Source: Thermoplasmata archaeon
GTDB taxonomy: Archaea > Thermoplasmatota > E2 > JACPAO01 > JAHFTW01
Direction of reading: 5' to 3'
Assembly (NCBI GenBank): GCA_034667725.1
Contig: JAXDQS010000010.1
Location: forward strand, 423,171 to 487,170
DNA length: 64,000 bases
Positions 1 through 9,696 of the stretch are shown piece after piece. Position 1 is the stretch's first letter; the number at the start of each line of letters is the position of its first letter. A program made the position numbers and the translations under genes. The notes under the pieces were generated by a model that was not told the origin of the DNA, made no database searches, and was given only the letters and a program-made list of their open reading frames with translations.

Positions 1-111
1 GGTACTGGGACTTCGACACGGCCGGACCCTGGGCGCGGCGACACGGGCGCGGTTTATCAGCGCGACGGCGGACTGCTGCCGCCCCTGCTTGGTTCAAGTG
101 GCCGAACCCCT

Positions 112-2643
112 TTGGCGGGTGTGCCGTCCCGTTGGGCCCGCCGCCTGGCCCTGCCGGCCCTCGTGCTGGTGCTCGCGCTGGCGGTCTCGGCGCTGTTCGT
201 GCGGGCCGCCGACGACGCCGAGCAGGCGCAGCACCAGCTCCAGGCGGCGCGGCAGGCCGACGAGGTCGAGGCGGCCATCGAGGCGCGCATGGGCGCCTAC
301 TTCCAGGTGCTGCGCGGCGCCCAGGCGTTCCATGCCGCTTCGGCGCCCTTGTCCCGCCACGAGTGGCGCACCTACGTCGACCGGCTCGACTTGCAGGAGA
401 CCCATCCCGGCATCGAGGGCGTGGGCTTCGTGGCATGGGTGTGGCCGCAGGACGTCCCGCGCTTCGAGGTCGCCGCCCGCTCCGATGGCGCCCTCGGCTT
501 CGACATCCGGCCGGAGCCCATGCCCGGCGAAGTGGTCGCCCCCGTGCTGTACCTCGCCGTGCCGCGCGGCGGCCCCAGCGCCGCCGTCGGCATGGACCTG
601 TTCGCGTCGCCCGCCCACCGGGCCGCGCTCGAGCGCGCCGCCATGACCGGCCAGGCCGCGCTGACCGAGCCCGTCGACCTGCTGTCCAACGGCACCGACG
701 AGCCGGGCTACCTCATGGTGCTGCCCCTGTACCGCGGCGGCGTCACCAACACCACCGACTGGCGCAACCAGACCGAGGGCTGGGTGGCCGCCGCGTTCCA
801 GGGCCGCGACGTGGCCGCCGTGCTGGTGCGCGACGACCTCGGCGTCGGCTTCGCGGTCCACGACGGCGGCCTGCTGCTGCACGAGGCCCAAGGCGGCGAA
901 GGCCGGCGCCCCATCGTCGAGGCGCGCGCGATGGAGTTCGGCGGCCGCACCTGGAACCTCACGGTCCACAACGCCTTCGGGTCCCGGCTCGGCCCGCTCT
1001 CCACCACGGTCCTCACCGCCGGCATCCTCTCCAGCCTGCTGGTCGCCTCCATCACCTGGAGCCTGGCCTCGACCCGCGAGCGCGCCGAGCGCCGCGCCGC
1101 CGACATCACGCGCGACCTCTACGTCAAGGAGGCCCGCTTCCGCGCCCTGGCCGACACCGCCAACGACGCCATCATCAACGCCGACTCCGCCGGCCGCGTC
1201 GTGTACGTCAACGCCGCCATCGAGAAGACCCTGGGCTGGAAGCCGGACGAACTGCTGGGCCAAGAACTGACCGTCCTCATGCCGCCGGCGGCGCGTCCGC
1301 TGCACCGCGCCGGCCTTGCCCGCGTCGTGCAAGGCGGCCCGTCGCGCATCCTCGGCAAGACCATCGCGCTCACGGCGCTGCACCGCGACGGCCGCGAGGT
1401 CCCCGTCGAGCTGTCGCTCTCGACCTGGACGGCGCCCGAGGGCCGCTACTTCTCCGGCATCCTGCGGGACATGACCGAGCGCCGCGCCCAGGAGCTGGCG
1501 TTGCACGACCGCGAGACCCGCCTCATGGAGGCGCAGGCCATCGCCAACCTCGGCTCGTGGCAGACCGACCTGGCCACCGGCCGGTCGCGCTGGTCCGACC
1601 AGCTGTGGCGCATCCACGGGCTGGAGCCGCAGCCGGAGATCTCGGTCGCGCAGGCGAGCCGCCTCATCCACCCCGACGACCTGCCCGCGGCCGAGGCGGA
1701 GACCCGCCGCGCCATCGCGGCCGGCACGCCGTTCCAGTACGAGGTGCGCATCCTCCGGCCCGACGGCACGACGCGCTGGATCGAGGTGCGCGGCGGCCTG
1801 CTGGTGGCCGACGGCCAGCCCGTCGGGTTGCGCGGCACCTCGCAGGACATCACCGAGCGCAAGGCCGCGGAGGCGGCGCGTCAGGTGGCCGAGGAGCGCC
1901 GCCTGGAAATCCAGCGGCTGGAGGAGGCCAACCGGTTCCGGGCCCACTTCCTCAACGTCAGCGCCCACGAGCTTGCGACCCCGCTCACCCCGCTGCGGCT
2001 CCAGGTCCAGCTGCTGCAGATGGCCGAGCAGGAGCGGCCGCTGGTCGAGTTCCAGCGCAACGTCGCCATCGTGTCGCGCGGCGTCGAGCGGCTGGCGCGG
2101 CTCATCCGGGACATCCTCGACTCGGCGCGCATCCAGGCCGGGCGCTTCAGCATCGCGCCAGCCCCCCTCGACCTCACGGCGGCGGCCCGCGAGGCGCTCG
2201 ACTCGTTCCAGGACGCCGCCCACCTGGCCAACATCCGGATGCGGCTGGACGCGGCGGGGCCGGTGGAGGTGGAGGGCGACGCGACCCGGCTGGCCCAGGT
2301 GCTCGACAACCTGCTCTCGAACGCCCTCAAGTTCACGCCCGACGGCGGCGCCATCACGGTGCAGGTGGAGGGCGGCGCGGACGAGGCGACGGTGCGCGTC
2401 ACCGACAGCGGCATCGGCATGACGGCGCGCCAGCGGGGCCGCCTGTTCCAGCCGTTCACGCAGGTCCACGACCCCGAGCAGGCGCGCGAGCGCGGCACCG
2501 GCCTCGGCCTCTACATCTCGAAGGGCATCGTCGAGCGCCACGGCGGCCGCATGGCCGTGGACTCGCCGGGGCCTGGCCACGGCACCACGTTCTGGTTCAC
2601 CCTCCTGCGCAAGCAGCCGCCGCGCCCGCCCGAGGACGACTGA
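112..2643 (+). CDS. Membrane sensor histidine kinase (CHASE-PAS-PAS-HisKA-HATPase)
   Basis: TM-CHASE-TM, two PAS repeats (ending RDMTER and QDITERK), H-box SAHELATP, NLLSNALKFT, DSGIG, GTGLGL. Confidence 0.9.
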   Translation: MAGVPSRWARRLALPALVLVLALAVSALFVRAADDAEQAQHQLQAARQADEVEAAIEARMGAYFQVLRGAQAFHAASAPLSRHEWRTYVDRLDLQETHPGIEGVGFVAWVWPQDVPRFEVAARSDGALGFDIRPEPMPGEVVAPVLYLAVPRGGPSAAVGMDLFASPAHRAALERAAMTGQAALTEPVDLLSNGTDEPGYLMVLPLYRGGVTNTTDWRNQTEGWVAAAFQGRDVAAVLVRDDLGVGFAVHDGGLLLHEAQGGEGRRPIVEARAMEFGGRTWNLTVHNAFGSRLGPLSTTVLTAGILSSLLVASITWSLASTRERAERRAADITRDLYVKEARFRALADTANDAIINADSAGRVVYVNAAIEKTLGWKPDELLGQELTVLMPPAARPLHRAGLARVVQGGPSRILGKTIALTALHRDGREVPVELSLSTWTAPEGRYFSGILRDMTERRAQELALHDRETRLMEAQAIANLGSWQTDLATGRSRWSDQLWRIHGLEPQPEISVAQASRLIHPDDLPAAEAETRRAIAAGTPFQYEVRILRPDGTTRWIEVRGGLLVADGQPVGLRGTSQDITERKAAEAARQVAEERRLEIQRLEEANRFRAHFLNVSAHELATPLTPLRLQVQLLQMAEQERPLVEFQRNVAIVSRGVERLARLIRDILDSARIQAGRFSIAPAPLDLTAAAREALDSFQDAAHLANIRMRLDAAGPVEVEGDATRLAQVLDNLLSNALKFTPDGGAITVQVEGGADEATVRVTDSGIGMTARQRGRLFQPFTQVHDPEQARERGTGLGLYISKGIVERHGGRMAVDSPGPGHGTTFWFTLLRKQPPRPPEDD

Positions 2644-2649
2644 CGGCGG

Positions 2650-2856
2650 CTAGTCGTAGCGGGTATGGAAGTGGTGATGCCCCCAGCGCAGCAACCCGAA
2701 GCTGCCCAGCAGGCCCAGCAGGGTCGCGGCGCCCCACAGCCAGGCGACGGCGGGGTGGCCGTTGCCGAGCGCGAAGCCCAGCGCGCCCAGGAGCGCGGCA
2801 CCCACGAACAGCGGCACGAACAGGCTCCAGCCCACGACGCGGCCTTTCTCCGGCAT
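2650..2856 (-). CDS. Small two-TM membrane protein
   Basis: 68-aa ORF with two hydrophobic helices, directly downstream of slyD. Confidence 0.55.
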   Translation of the reverse strand: MPEKGRVVGWSLFVPLFVGAALLGALGFALGNGHPAVAWLWGAATLLGLLGSFGLLRWGHHHFHTRYD

Positions 2857-2921
2857 GGCTTCGGCTCGGCGTGCCGGGCTTGATGTCCTTGCGGACGGGG
2901 GCCCGCGGATTCCACGGCGGC

Positions 2922-3662
2922 CTAGTGCTTGTGCTCGCCGGGCCCGTGCCCATGGCCCTCATGCCCCTCGTCCTCGGCGGGGGCGTCGGGGATGACCGGG
3001 TAGACCTCGACCAGCTTGATGGCCTTCTTCTTCTCGGTGGCGAGGCGGACGTCGCCCACGATGCGGAACTTGGCCATCATCCAGTTCTGGTCGAACTTGA
3101 CCTGGTCCGGCACCTCGATGGCGACCGCGTCGGCCTCGTGGTGGACCTTGTAGGAGCCGGCGGGGAACAGGTTCGCCAGCACGGCGTCCACCTTGGACTT
3201 CTCGTCCGACAGCACCTCGCGGATGGTGTACTCGTACGTGAGGGGCTTGCCCGCCAGGTCGTGGTTCAGGTCCACGCGGACGCGGCCGCCGGCGACCCGG
3301 GTCACGATGCCGCGCTGCCCTTCGATGGTCAAGCCCATGCCGACCTGGGGCGTGACCTTCTGGGCGCGGAACTGCGCCATCGGGACGTCCTTGACCTTGG
3401 CGGCCTCGCGCTCGCCGTAGGCATCCGCGGCGGCCAGCTCGACCTTGACGGTCTTGCCCACCTGGCCGTGGCTGCGGATGTGCGACTCCAGGCCGGGGAT
3501 GATCTGGCGGCCCCCCAGGGTGACGGTGAGCGGGGCGTAGCGGCGGCCGTCGCGGTGGATGCCGTTGGCGCGGGCGACCTCCTCCTGGGAGGTCTCGAGC
3601 ATCTTGCCGTCGACGAAGAGGGTGTAGTCGAACTTGACCACGTCGCCGTCCTTGAGGGCCAT
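2922..3662 (-). CDS. slyD: FKBP-type peptidyl-prolyl isomerase (SlyD-like, long archaeal form)
   Basis: GDVVKFDYT, IIPGLE, AYGER, VDLNHDLAGK; His-rich tail. Confidence 0.9.
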   Translation of the reverse strand: MALKDGDVVKFDYTLFVDGKMLETSQEEVARANGIHRDGRRYAPLTVTLGGRQIIPGLESHIRSHGQVGKTVKVELAAADAYGEREAAKVKDVPMAQFRAQKVTPQVGMGLTIEGQRGIVTRVAGGRVRVDLNHDLAGKPLTYEYTIREVLSDEKSKVDAVLANLFPAGSYKVHHEADAVAIEVPDQVKFDQNWMMAKFRIVGDVRLATEKKKAIKLVEVYPVIPDAPAEDEGHEGHGHGPGEHKH

Positions 3663-3705
3663 GCCCGCGCGACCCAACGGTGCTATTTGAGTGCGAGGGC
3701 CGCGG

Positions 3706-4038
3706 TCAGCGCCAGGCGGGCGTGCCCTTGCGGATGCCCCAGAGGATCCACAACCCGACCACGACCATGGCCAGGCCGCCCAGGATGTTGACGGCCTCGA
3801 CGATGGAGTGGAAGAACCGCGGCGCCAGGAACAGCAGCGCGCTCACCAGCAGCAGCACGATGCCGAGGACGCGGGACTCCTGGCGGTTGTCGAGCAGCAG
3901 GACGATGCCGAGGGCGACGCCGGCGATGGCGCCGATGACGACCAGCAGGCCCAGGCTGAAGTTGCCGAACAGGAGGAGCAGGCCCACGACGACGAGGGCG
4001 ATGGCGAGGAACTGGCGCTGCTGGGTGCGCGTGAGCAC
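3706..4038 (-). CDS. Small four-TM membrane protein
   Basis: 110 aa, almost wholly hydrophobic, host-like codon usage. Confidence 0.7.
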   Translation of the reverse strand: MLTRTQQRQFLAIALVVVGLLLLFGNFSLGLLVVIGAIAGVALGIVLLLDNRQESRVLGIVLLLVSALLFLAPRFFHSIVEAVNILGGLAMVVVGLWILWGIRKGTPAWR

Positions 4039-4087
4039 GGCCCCGCCGAGCCCTAGGCCCTGTTTGGCCGTTTCGCCGGATGGCAGG

Positions 4088-4426
4088 TCAGCGCGCGCAG
4101 CTGTCCGGCCCCAGCCCGTGCTCGGTGTCGAACAGGCAGCGGCCGCCTTCCGCCTCGTACAGGCTGGTGCGGCCGGAACGCAGGCGGTACTCGACGAAGT
4201 TGTCGGGCTGGAGGGTGGCGCAGACCTCGGTGTCGACGGGCGCCGTGTGGGTGACGCCGAGCACCTTGGCGCGCACCGTGACGGTCGACTCGCCGAGCGG
4301 GTTGCACGACTTGTCGACCACGCTCGCCTGGACCTTCATGTCGATGGCGTAGGCGGTGGCGACCGCGACGATGGCGAGCACCACGAGCGCGACGGCGACC
4401 TTCAGGAGCAGCCGCGCGAGGGCCAC
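4088..4426 (-). CDS. Hypothetical membrane-anchored protein
   Basis: N-terminal TM followed by a Cys-containing beta domain; abuts the upstream ORF. Confidence 0.65.
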   Translation of the reverse strand: MALARLLLKVAVALVVLAIVAVATAYAIDMKVQASVVDKSCNPLGESTVTVRAKVLGVTHTAPVDTEVCATLQPDNFVEYRLRSGRTSLYEAEGGRCLFDTEHGLGPDSCAR

Positions 4427-4427
4427 G

Positions 4428-4700
4428 CTAGGCCTCGCCGTGGTGGCGGCCCCAGCCCGCGAGCATGACCATGGTGCCGAACAGGGTGAAGCCGAGGCCT
4501 TCGAAGAAGAACAGCGCCCCGACGGTGATGGCGTCGCTGCCGGCGGGCGGGAAGCCGGTGGTGAGGGCGTGGGAGTGGCCGAGCCACCACAGCACCGAGC
4601 CGAAGACCAGGATCAGCAGGCCGAGGCCGATGAAAATCTCCCCGAAGCGGCCGGTCTGGCCGAGGCCTTCCTGCAGTTCGTGGGCGGTGGGCGTCGTCAT
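4428..4700 (-). CDS. Hypothetical two-TM protein
   Basis: 90 aa, two TM helices. Confidence 0.6.
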   Translation of the reverse strand: MTTPTAHELQEGLGQTGRFGEIFIGLGLLILVFGSVLWWLGHSHALTTGFPPAGSDAITVGALFFFEGLGFTLFGTMVMLAGWGRHHGEA

Positions 4701-4786
4701 GCCCTTGCCATCGGATGGCGCGATTCAAGGCTGCCGATGGGCTGCCCGCGCCCAAACGTCATTGGCGGCGACCGGCTGCCGTCGGC

Positions 4787-6856
4787 GTGGCCAACCGCCT
4801 GGCGTCCGAGCCAAGCCCTTACCTGCGGCAGCACGCGGACAACCCGGTCGAGTGGTGGCCGTGGGGCGAGGCGGCGTTCGCGGAGGCGCGGCGGCGCGAC
4901 GTGCCGGTGTTCCTCTCGATCGGCTACGCGACCTGCCACTGGTGCCACGTCATGGCGCACGAGTCGTTCGAGGACGCCGAGGTGGCGCGCCGCATGAACG
5001 AGGCGTTCGTCTGCGTCAAGGTGGACCGCGAGGAGCGTCCCGACCTGGACGACGCGTACATGGCGGCGTGCCAGCTGATGACGGGGGCCGGCGGCTGGCC
5101 GCTCACGGTGCTGCTGACGCACGGCAAGAAGCCGTTCTTCGCCGGCACCTACTTCCCGAAGGAGACACGGCACGGCCGCATCGGCATGATGGACCTGCCC
5201 GGCCGCGTGGCCGAGGCGTGGCGGGCGCAACGCAAGGAGCTGGAGGCGCAGGCGGACCACCTCATGCTGCACGTGACGGGCGAGCCGCACGGCCATGACG
5301 ACGAGCCCGCGACGCAGAAGCCGGCGGCCTTGGACCTCGGCGTGCTGCGGCGCGGCGGCGACGCATTGGCGGCCCGCTTTGACCCCGAGCACGGCGGCTT
5401 TGGCGGGTCGCCCAAGTTCCCGTCCCCGCACATCCTGCTGTTCCTGCTGCGGCTGGCCGACCGCGGCGACGCCGAAGCCGAAGCGATGGTGGTGGCGACC
5501 TTGGAGAAGATGGCCGCGGGCGGCGTCCGCGACCACCTCGGCGGCGGCTTCCACCGCTACAGCACCGACCCCGAGTGGCGCCTGCCGCACTTCGAGAAGA
5601 TGCTGTACGACCAGGCGATGCTCGCGATGGCGTACGTCGAGGCCCACCAGCGCACCGGCCGCGCCGGCTTCGCCGAGGTGGCCCGCTCGACCCTGGACTA
5701 CGTGCTGCGCGACCTGCACGACCCCGCCGGCGGCTTCCGCTGCGCCGAGGACGCCGACTCCGAGGGCGAGGAGGGCACGTTCTACCTGTGGCGGCGCGAC
5801 GAGATCCTGGCGGCGCTCGGCCCGCGCGACGGCGCCGCGTTCTGCCAAGCCTACGGCGTCACCGCCGAGGGCAACTTCCTCGACGAGGCCACCAAGCGCC
5901 GCACCGGCGCCAACGTGCTGCACCGCGTCGGCGACGTCGCCGGCCTGGAGGCGGCGCACGCCCGGCTTGCCGCCGTGCGCGCCAAGCGCGAGCGCCCCCT
6001 GCTGGACGACAAAGTGCTCACCGACTGGAACGGCCTCGCCCTGGCCGCGTTCGCCAAGGCCGCCGTGGCGCTCGCGGAGCCGCGCTACGCCGAGGCCGCC
6101 ACGCGCGCCGCCGCGTTCCTGCGCGACAAGATGCGCCAGCCCGACGGGCGGCTCCGGCACCGCCACCACCACGGCCAGGCCGACGAGGTCGCGTTCCTCG
6201 ACGACCACGCCTTCCTGCTGTGGGGCTTGGTCGAGCTCTACGGCGCCACCTTCGACGCCGCGCACCTGGCCTGGGCCGTCGAGGTCGCGGGCCAACTGGA
6301 GGCGCGCTTCCTGCACCCCAGCGGCGCGTTCCAGCAGGCCCCGAAGGACGCCGACGAGCTGGGGGCGGCCCGCCGCGAGGCCTACGACGGCGCCCTGCCG
6401 AGCGGCAACTCCGCCGCCGCCTACGCGCTCCACAAGCTCGGCCTGCTCACGGGCGAGCCCCGCTGGACGCGCCTGGCCAACGGCGTGGCCGATGCGTTCG
6501 CCGCTGGCCTGGCCGCGTCGCCGCCCGCCTACGCCATGATGCTGTGCGCGCTCGACCTCGCCCTCGGCCCGACGCGCGAAGCCGTCGTGGCCGGGACCGG
6601 GCCGGACGCGGACGCGATGGTGCGCCTGCTGCAGGCCGGCCACGCGCCGCGGACGGTGGTGCTGCGCGCGACGCCCGCACTTGCCAAGGCCGCGCCCTGG
6701 ACGAAGGAGCACCTGGCGCGCGGCGGGGCGGCGACCGCCTACGTCTGCGAAGGCCACGCCTGCAAGGCGCCGGCGACGGACCTCAGGCAGCTGCGGGAAG
6801 CCCTTGCGGGTCCGGCAGCGCGCCCCACTCCACCATCTCGGCCGCAAGCCGGCTGA
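4787..6856 (+). CDS. YyaL/SPATA20-like thioredoxin-domain protein (DUF255)
   Basis: [37 protein letters not shown]; GTG start. Confidence 0.92.
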   Translation: MANRLASEPSPYLRQHADNPVEWWPWGEAAFAEARRRDVPVFLSIGYATCHWCHVMAHESFEDAEVARRMNEAFVCVKVDREERPDLDDAYMAACQLMTGAGGWPLTVLLTHGKKPFFAGTYFPKETRHGRIGMMDLPGRVAEAWRAQRKELEAQADHLMLHVTGEPHGHDDEPATQKPAALDLGVLRRGGDALAARFDPEHGGFGGSPKFPSPHILLFLLRLADRGDAEAEAMVVATLEKMAAGGVRDHLGGGFHRYSTDPEWRLPHFEKMLYDQAMLAMAYVEAHQRTGRAGFAEVARSTLDYVLRDLHDPAGGFRCAEDADSEGEEGTFYLWRRDEILAALGPRDGAAFCQAYGVTAEGNFLDEATKRRTGANVLHRVGDVAGLEAAHARLAAVRAKRERPLLDDKVLTDWNGLALAAFAKAAVALAEPRYAEAATRAAAFLRDKMRQPDGRLRHRHHHGQADEVAFLDDHAFLLWGLVELYGATFDAAHLAWAVEVAGQLEARFLHPSGAFQQAPKDADELGAARREAYDGALPSGNSAAAYALHKLGLLTGEPRWTRLANGVADAFAAGLAASPPAYAMMLCALDLALGPTREAVVAGTGPDADAMVRLLQAGHAPRTVVLRATPALAKAAPWTKEHLARGGAATAYVCEGHACKAPATDLRQLREALAGPAARPTPPSRPQAG

Positions 6857-7211
6857 CCCGGCGCTGGATGTCGTCGCGCAGGAAGCGCACGGTCTCGTAC
6901 TCCAGGTTGGCGGGGTCATCGAGCGGCCAATGCTCGGTGACCGGCAGGTCGGGGTCGGTGGCGGCGACCCCCGGCCCCATGCTGATCACGCGCTCGTAGC
7001 GCGGCAGGTCGCCGAACTCGACGTGGCGCGGCCGCAGCCCGCTGATGTCGATGCCGCGCTCCTGCATCGCAAGGACGGCGCTGGGCGCCACCGCCCGGGC
7101 CGGCATGGTCCCGGCGGAGTCCGCGTCGAGGCCGAGCGCCCGCGCGAAGCCGACGGCGATCTGGCCGCGGCACGAGTTGCCCACGTCCACGAAGAGCACG
7201 CGATGGGGCAT
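6783..7211 (-). CDS. ArsC/LMW-PTP-fold protein with Cys-to-Asp P-loop
   Basis: [26 protein letters not shown]. Confidence 0.8.
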   Translation of the reverse strand: MPHRVLFVDVGNSCRGQIAVGFARALGLDADSAGTMPARAVAPSAVLAMQERGIDISGLRPRHVEFGDLPRYERVISMGPGVAATDPDLPVTEHWPLDDPANLEYETVRFLRDDIQRRVSRLAAEMVEWGALPDPQGLPAAA

Positions 7212-7366
7212 GACCCGCGTTTGCACCGGGACCGTCTTGATGCTTTCGGCCAGAGGGCGCGAAGGTCGCGGCGCGGCGGCCGGTTCCGTGGCCCCGTTGT
7301 CCCTTTGTGTGCATCGGTTCACCCTTGGCTACCGGTCCTTCAAGTCGCGCGGGGCGTGGCCGCGGC

Positions 7367-7975
7367 ATGGACCTGCGGCCGGAGGCCTCCGAGGCGGCCG
7401 GGACGTTCTTCCTGATGCTGGCAGGCGGCGCAGCCATCCTCCAGGGCCTTGGGGCGGACGCCGTCGCGTTGGCCTTCGGCGGCGTCGTCCTGGTCCTCGT
7501 CTACGCCTTGGGCCCCGTCGGCGGCGCCCACTTCAACCCGGCCGTCACGCTCGGGTTCGCGGCCACCCAACGCTTCCCCTGGCGCCGCGTGCCCGCCTAC
7601 CTGGCCGCCCAAGGCCTCGGCGCCCTCGCCGCCTGCCTCTTGCTCTTGCCGCTCGCGCCCAGCCTGGCGCCGATCGTCGTCCCCACGCCAAGCCTTGCGC
7701 CGGCCCTGCTGGCCGAGGCCGCGGGCACCTTCCTCTTGGCGCTCGTCATCGCGGCGGTCGCCAAGCGGAGCGACGCCGGCCTGGCCATCGGCGGCGCCGT
7801 CGCCGTCGCGGCCCTCGCCTTCGGCCCCTTCGGCGCCGGCGTCAACCCGGCCCGCGCCCTCGCGCCCGCCCTCGTGGCGGGGGCGTGGGGCGGCCTGTGG
7901 CCTCATCTGGTGGCGCCGGCCTTCGGCGGCGTGGCCGGCATGGCGACCTGGACCCTGCTGGAGGCATGGCGATGA
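7367..7975 (+). CDS. Aquaporin/MIP channel, probably arsenite-permeable (AqpS-like)
   Basis: HFNPAVT and GVNPARA motifs; ATGA overlap with arsC. Confidence 0.85.
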   Translation: MDLRPEASEAAGTFFLMLAGGAAILQGLGADAVALAFGGVVLVLVYALGPVGGAHFNPAVTLGFAATQRFPWRRVPAYLAAQGLGALAACLLLLPLAPSLAPIVVPTPSLAPALLAEAAGTFLLALVIAAVAKRSDAGLAIGGAVAVAALAFGPFGAGVNPARALAPALVAGAWGGLWPHLVAPAFGGVAGMATWTLLEAWR

Positions 7976-8388
7976 CGTTCCGCGTCCTGTTCGCTTGCGT
8001 CGGCAACTCCGCCCGCAGCCAGATGGCGCAAGGCTTCGCGCGCCACCTCGGCGGCGCCCAGGTCGAGGCCCGCAGCGGCGGCAGCGTCCCGTTGGGGCAT
8101 GTCCTGCCGGAGGCGGTCGCGGTGATGCGGGAGCGCGGCATCGACATCTCCCAGCACGCGAGCCAGGGGTTCGACGAGGCCTGGGTGCGCGAGGCGTGCG
8201 ACCTGGTGGTGACGATGGGCTGCGGCGACGACGCCTGCCCCGCCTTCGCGGGGAAGCCGATGGAGGAGTGGGCGCTGCCCGACCCGAAGGGCCAGCCCAT
8301 CGCGGCGTTCCGGGCGGTGCGCGACGACATCGAGCGGCGGGTGCGGGAGTTGTTGGAGAAGAGGAAGAGGCCCAGCGCAGGGAACTAG
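7972..8388 (+). CDS. arsC: Arsenate reductase (LMW-PTP fold, thioredoxin type)
   Basis: CVGNSARSQ P-loop and MGCGDDACP resolving cysteines. Confidence 0.88.
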   Translation: MTFRVLFACVGNSARSQMAQGFARHLGGAQVEARSGGSVPLGHVLPEAVAVMRERGIDISQHASQGFDEAWVREACDLVVTMGCGDDACPAFAGKPMEEWALPDPKGQPIAAFRAVRDDIERRVRELLEKRKRPSAGN

Positions 8389-8423
8389 CAGCAGAAGTCG
8401 CCGCAGGGGCACTCAGGACCCAT
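8385..8423 (-). CDS. 12-aa Cys-rich peptide MGPECPCGDFCC (candidate metal/metalloid-binding micropeptide)
   Basis: ATG at 8423, TAG at 8387-8385; GGAGGTG SD at 8435-8429, 5 nt upstream; not in the ORF track. Confidence 0.6.
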   Translation of the reverse strand: MGPECPCGDFCC

Positions 8424-8443
8424 CAAGACACCTCCAAGATGGG

Positions 8444-8465
8444 TTCAACGGTTGAAGCGCTTAAG
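8444..8465. promoter_or_regulatory. Palindrome TTCAAC-G-GTTGAA plus TATA-like CTTAAG in a divergent promoter
   Basis: Perfect 6-bp inverted repeat between the sORF and the HxlR gene. Confidence 0.4.
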
Positions 8466-8482
8466 GTGCAAAGTTTGTATCC

Positions 8483-8842
8483 ATGCCCTTGCTTCACCGG
8501 AGTGAAGTGGCCCGGCTCCCCGTCCGCAACGACTGCATCTGCACCGTCGGCGGCCTCATCGACCTCGTCGGCAAGAAGTGGACGATGTGCATCATCGTGA
8601 CCCTGGGCAACCGCCCCGCCATCCGCTTCAACGAGCTGCGCGACACCTTGGTCGGCATCAGCCCGCGCACGCTGTCCGAGACCCTCAAGGCGCTGGAGTC
8701 GGAAGGCCTGGTGCGGCGCGAGGCGTTCGCCGCCATCCCGCCCCGCGTCGAGTACCGGCTCACCGACGAAGGCGCCAGGCTGCGCGAGGCGGTGCGGCCG
8801 CTGATGGAGTATGCGGCAGGAAGGCCTGGGGCAGTCTGCTGA
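8483..8842 (+). CDS. HxlR/DUF24-family winged-helix regulator
   Basis: LVGKKWTMCI, RFNELR, ISPRTLSETLKALE, PPRVEYRLT; N-terminal DCIC. Confidence 0.9.
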   Translation: MPLLHRSEVARLPVRNDCICTVGGLIDLVGKKWTMCIIVTLGNRPAIRFNELRDTLVGISPRTLSETLKALESEGLVRREAFAAIPPRVEYRLTDEGARLREAVRPLMEYAAGRPGAVC

Positions 8843-8846
8843 ACGG

Positions 8847-8999
8847 GCGTGGAGGGTCGCGCGTCGGCGCGCGCCGAACGCGAAGCGGAGGCGATGGGTG
8901 GGTGGCTCGCGGAGCGAAAGCCACCCGCCAAGGGGTCCTAGGGGCGAAGCCCCTAGATGGGGTGCGCGGCTGGAAGGCCGGGGGCCGTCTGCTGAACGG
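8847..8999 (+). repeat. GNA-hairpin element followed by a recoded duplicate of the HxlR 3' end
   Basis: Hairpins GGGTGGCT..AGCCACCC and CTAGGGGCGAAGCCCCTAG; 8966-8999 matches 8813-8846 with 3 synonymous changes. Confidence 0.85.
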
Positions 9000-9010
9000 T
9001 CTGCTGACGA

Positions 9011-9553
9011 TCAGGCGTTCAGGACCACGAGCTCGGGCTTCTCCACCCGCAGCTCCTTCGCGAGCTTGCGAATCCGCTTCTCGCAGTCGTCGCGCATCTG
9101 GCGGTAGGCCTCAAGCGGCAGGCCCTGCGGGTCCAGGAGGTTCCACTCCAGGACGTTCTGCTGGCTGCGCCACGGCTTCGGCAGCGAGTCGCCCATGGTG
9201 ATGACGCGGTCGAACGCCTCCAGCCGGGTGACGTCGAGCGGCTTCGGGCGGAAGTGCGCGATGTCGATGCCCTGGTCGGCCATGACGGCGACGGCCTCGG
9301 GGGCCACCCGGGTCCCGGGGAAGGTGCCGGCCGACTCGGCGTGGAAGCCGTAGATGGTGGCGTAGGCCTGCGCGACCTGGCTGCGGGCGGCGTTGCCGAC
9401 GTCCACGAACAGCAGGCGGTACTGGCGGTGCTTCTCGCGCTGGACGTTGCCGGGCGCCGCGTCGCGGCCACGGAACGGGGCAAGCAGGGCGTCGAACGCG
9501 CCCCCGAAAAGGCCCCGGCGGGCAGGCTGGGCGGCGGGCTGGGCGTCGGTCAT
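9011..9553 (-). CDS. Second ArsC/LMW-PTP-fold protein with Cys-to-Asp P-loop
   Basis: LLFVDVGNAARSQ, ESAGT, EWNLLDP. Confidence 0.8.
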   Translation of the reverse strand: MTDAQPAAQPARRGLFGGAFDALLAPFRGRDAAPGNVQREKHRQYRLLFVDVGNAARSQVAQAYATIYGFHAESAGTFPGTRVAPEAVAVMADQGIDIAHFRPKPLDVTRLEAFDRVITMGDSLPKPWRSQQNVLEWNLLDPQGLPLEAYRQMRDDCEKRIRKLAKELRVEKPELVVLNA

Positions 9554-9696
9554 GGCGCTCGTCCAGCCAGCCCCCGCAGGCAAAAACGTATCGGAGGTGG
9601 CCTGCCGCCGCGTTCACGCCCGATTTCTTCCACCGCTGCTCGGCAGGTCAGTCTCCGTGCCCACCATTTCTTACGTCAAACCCGCTTTTTTCCCCC

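Noticed and set aside
1-44. Possible 5' end of a minus-strand gene at the window start
   Set aside because: Too short to support.
2922-2980. His-rich tail of the FKBP protein
   Set aside because: Typical metal-binding tail of SlyD proteins.
8847-8999. Prophage or ICE attL/attR pair
   Set aside because: Only about 75-125 bp lie between copies and there is no integrase. Independent decay of three or four large elements to similar hairpins is less parsimonious, though not excluded.
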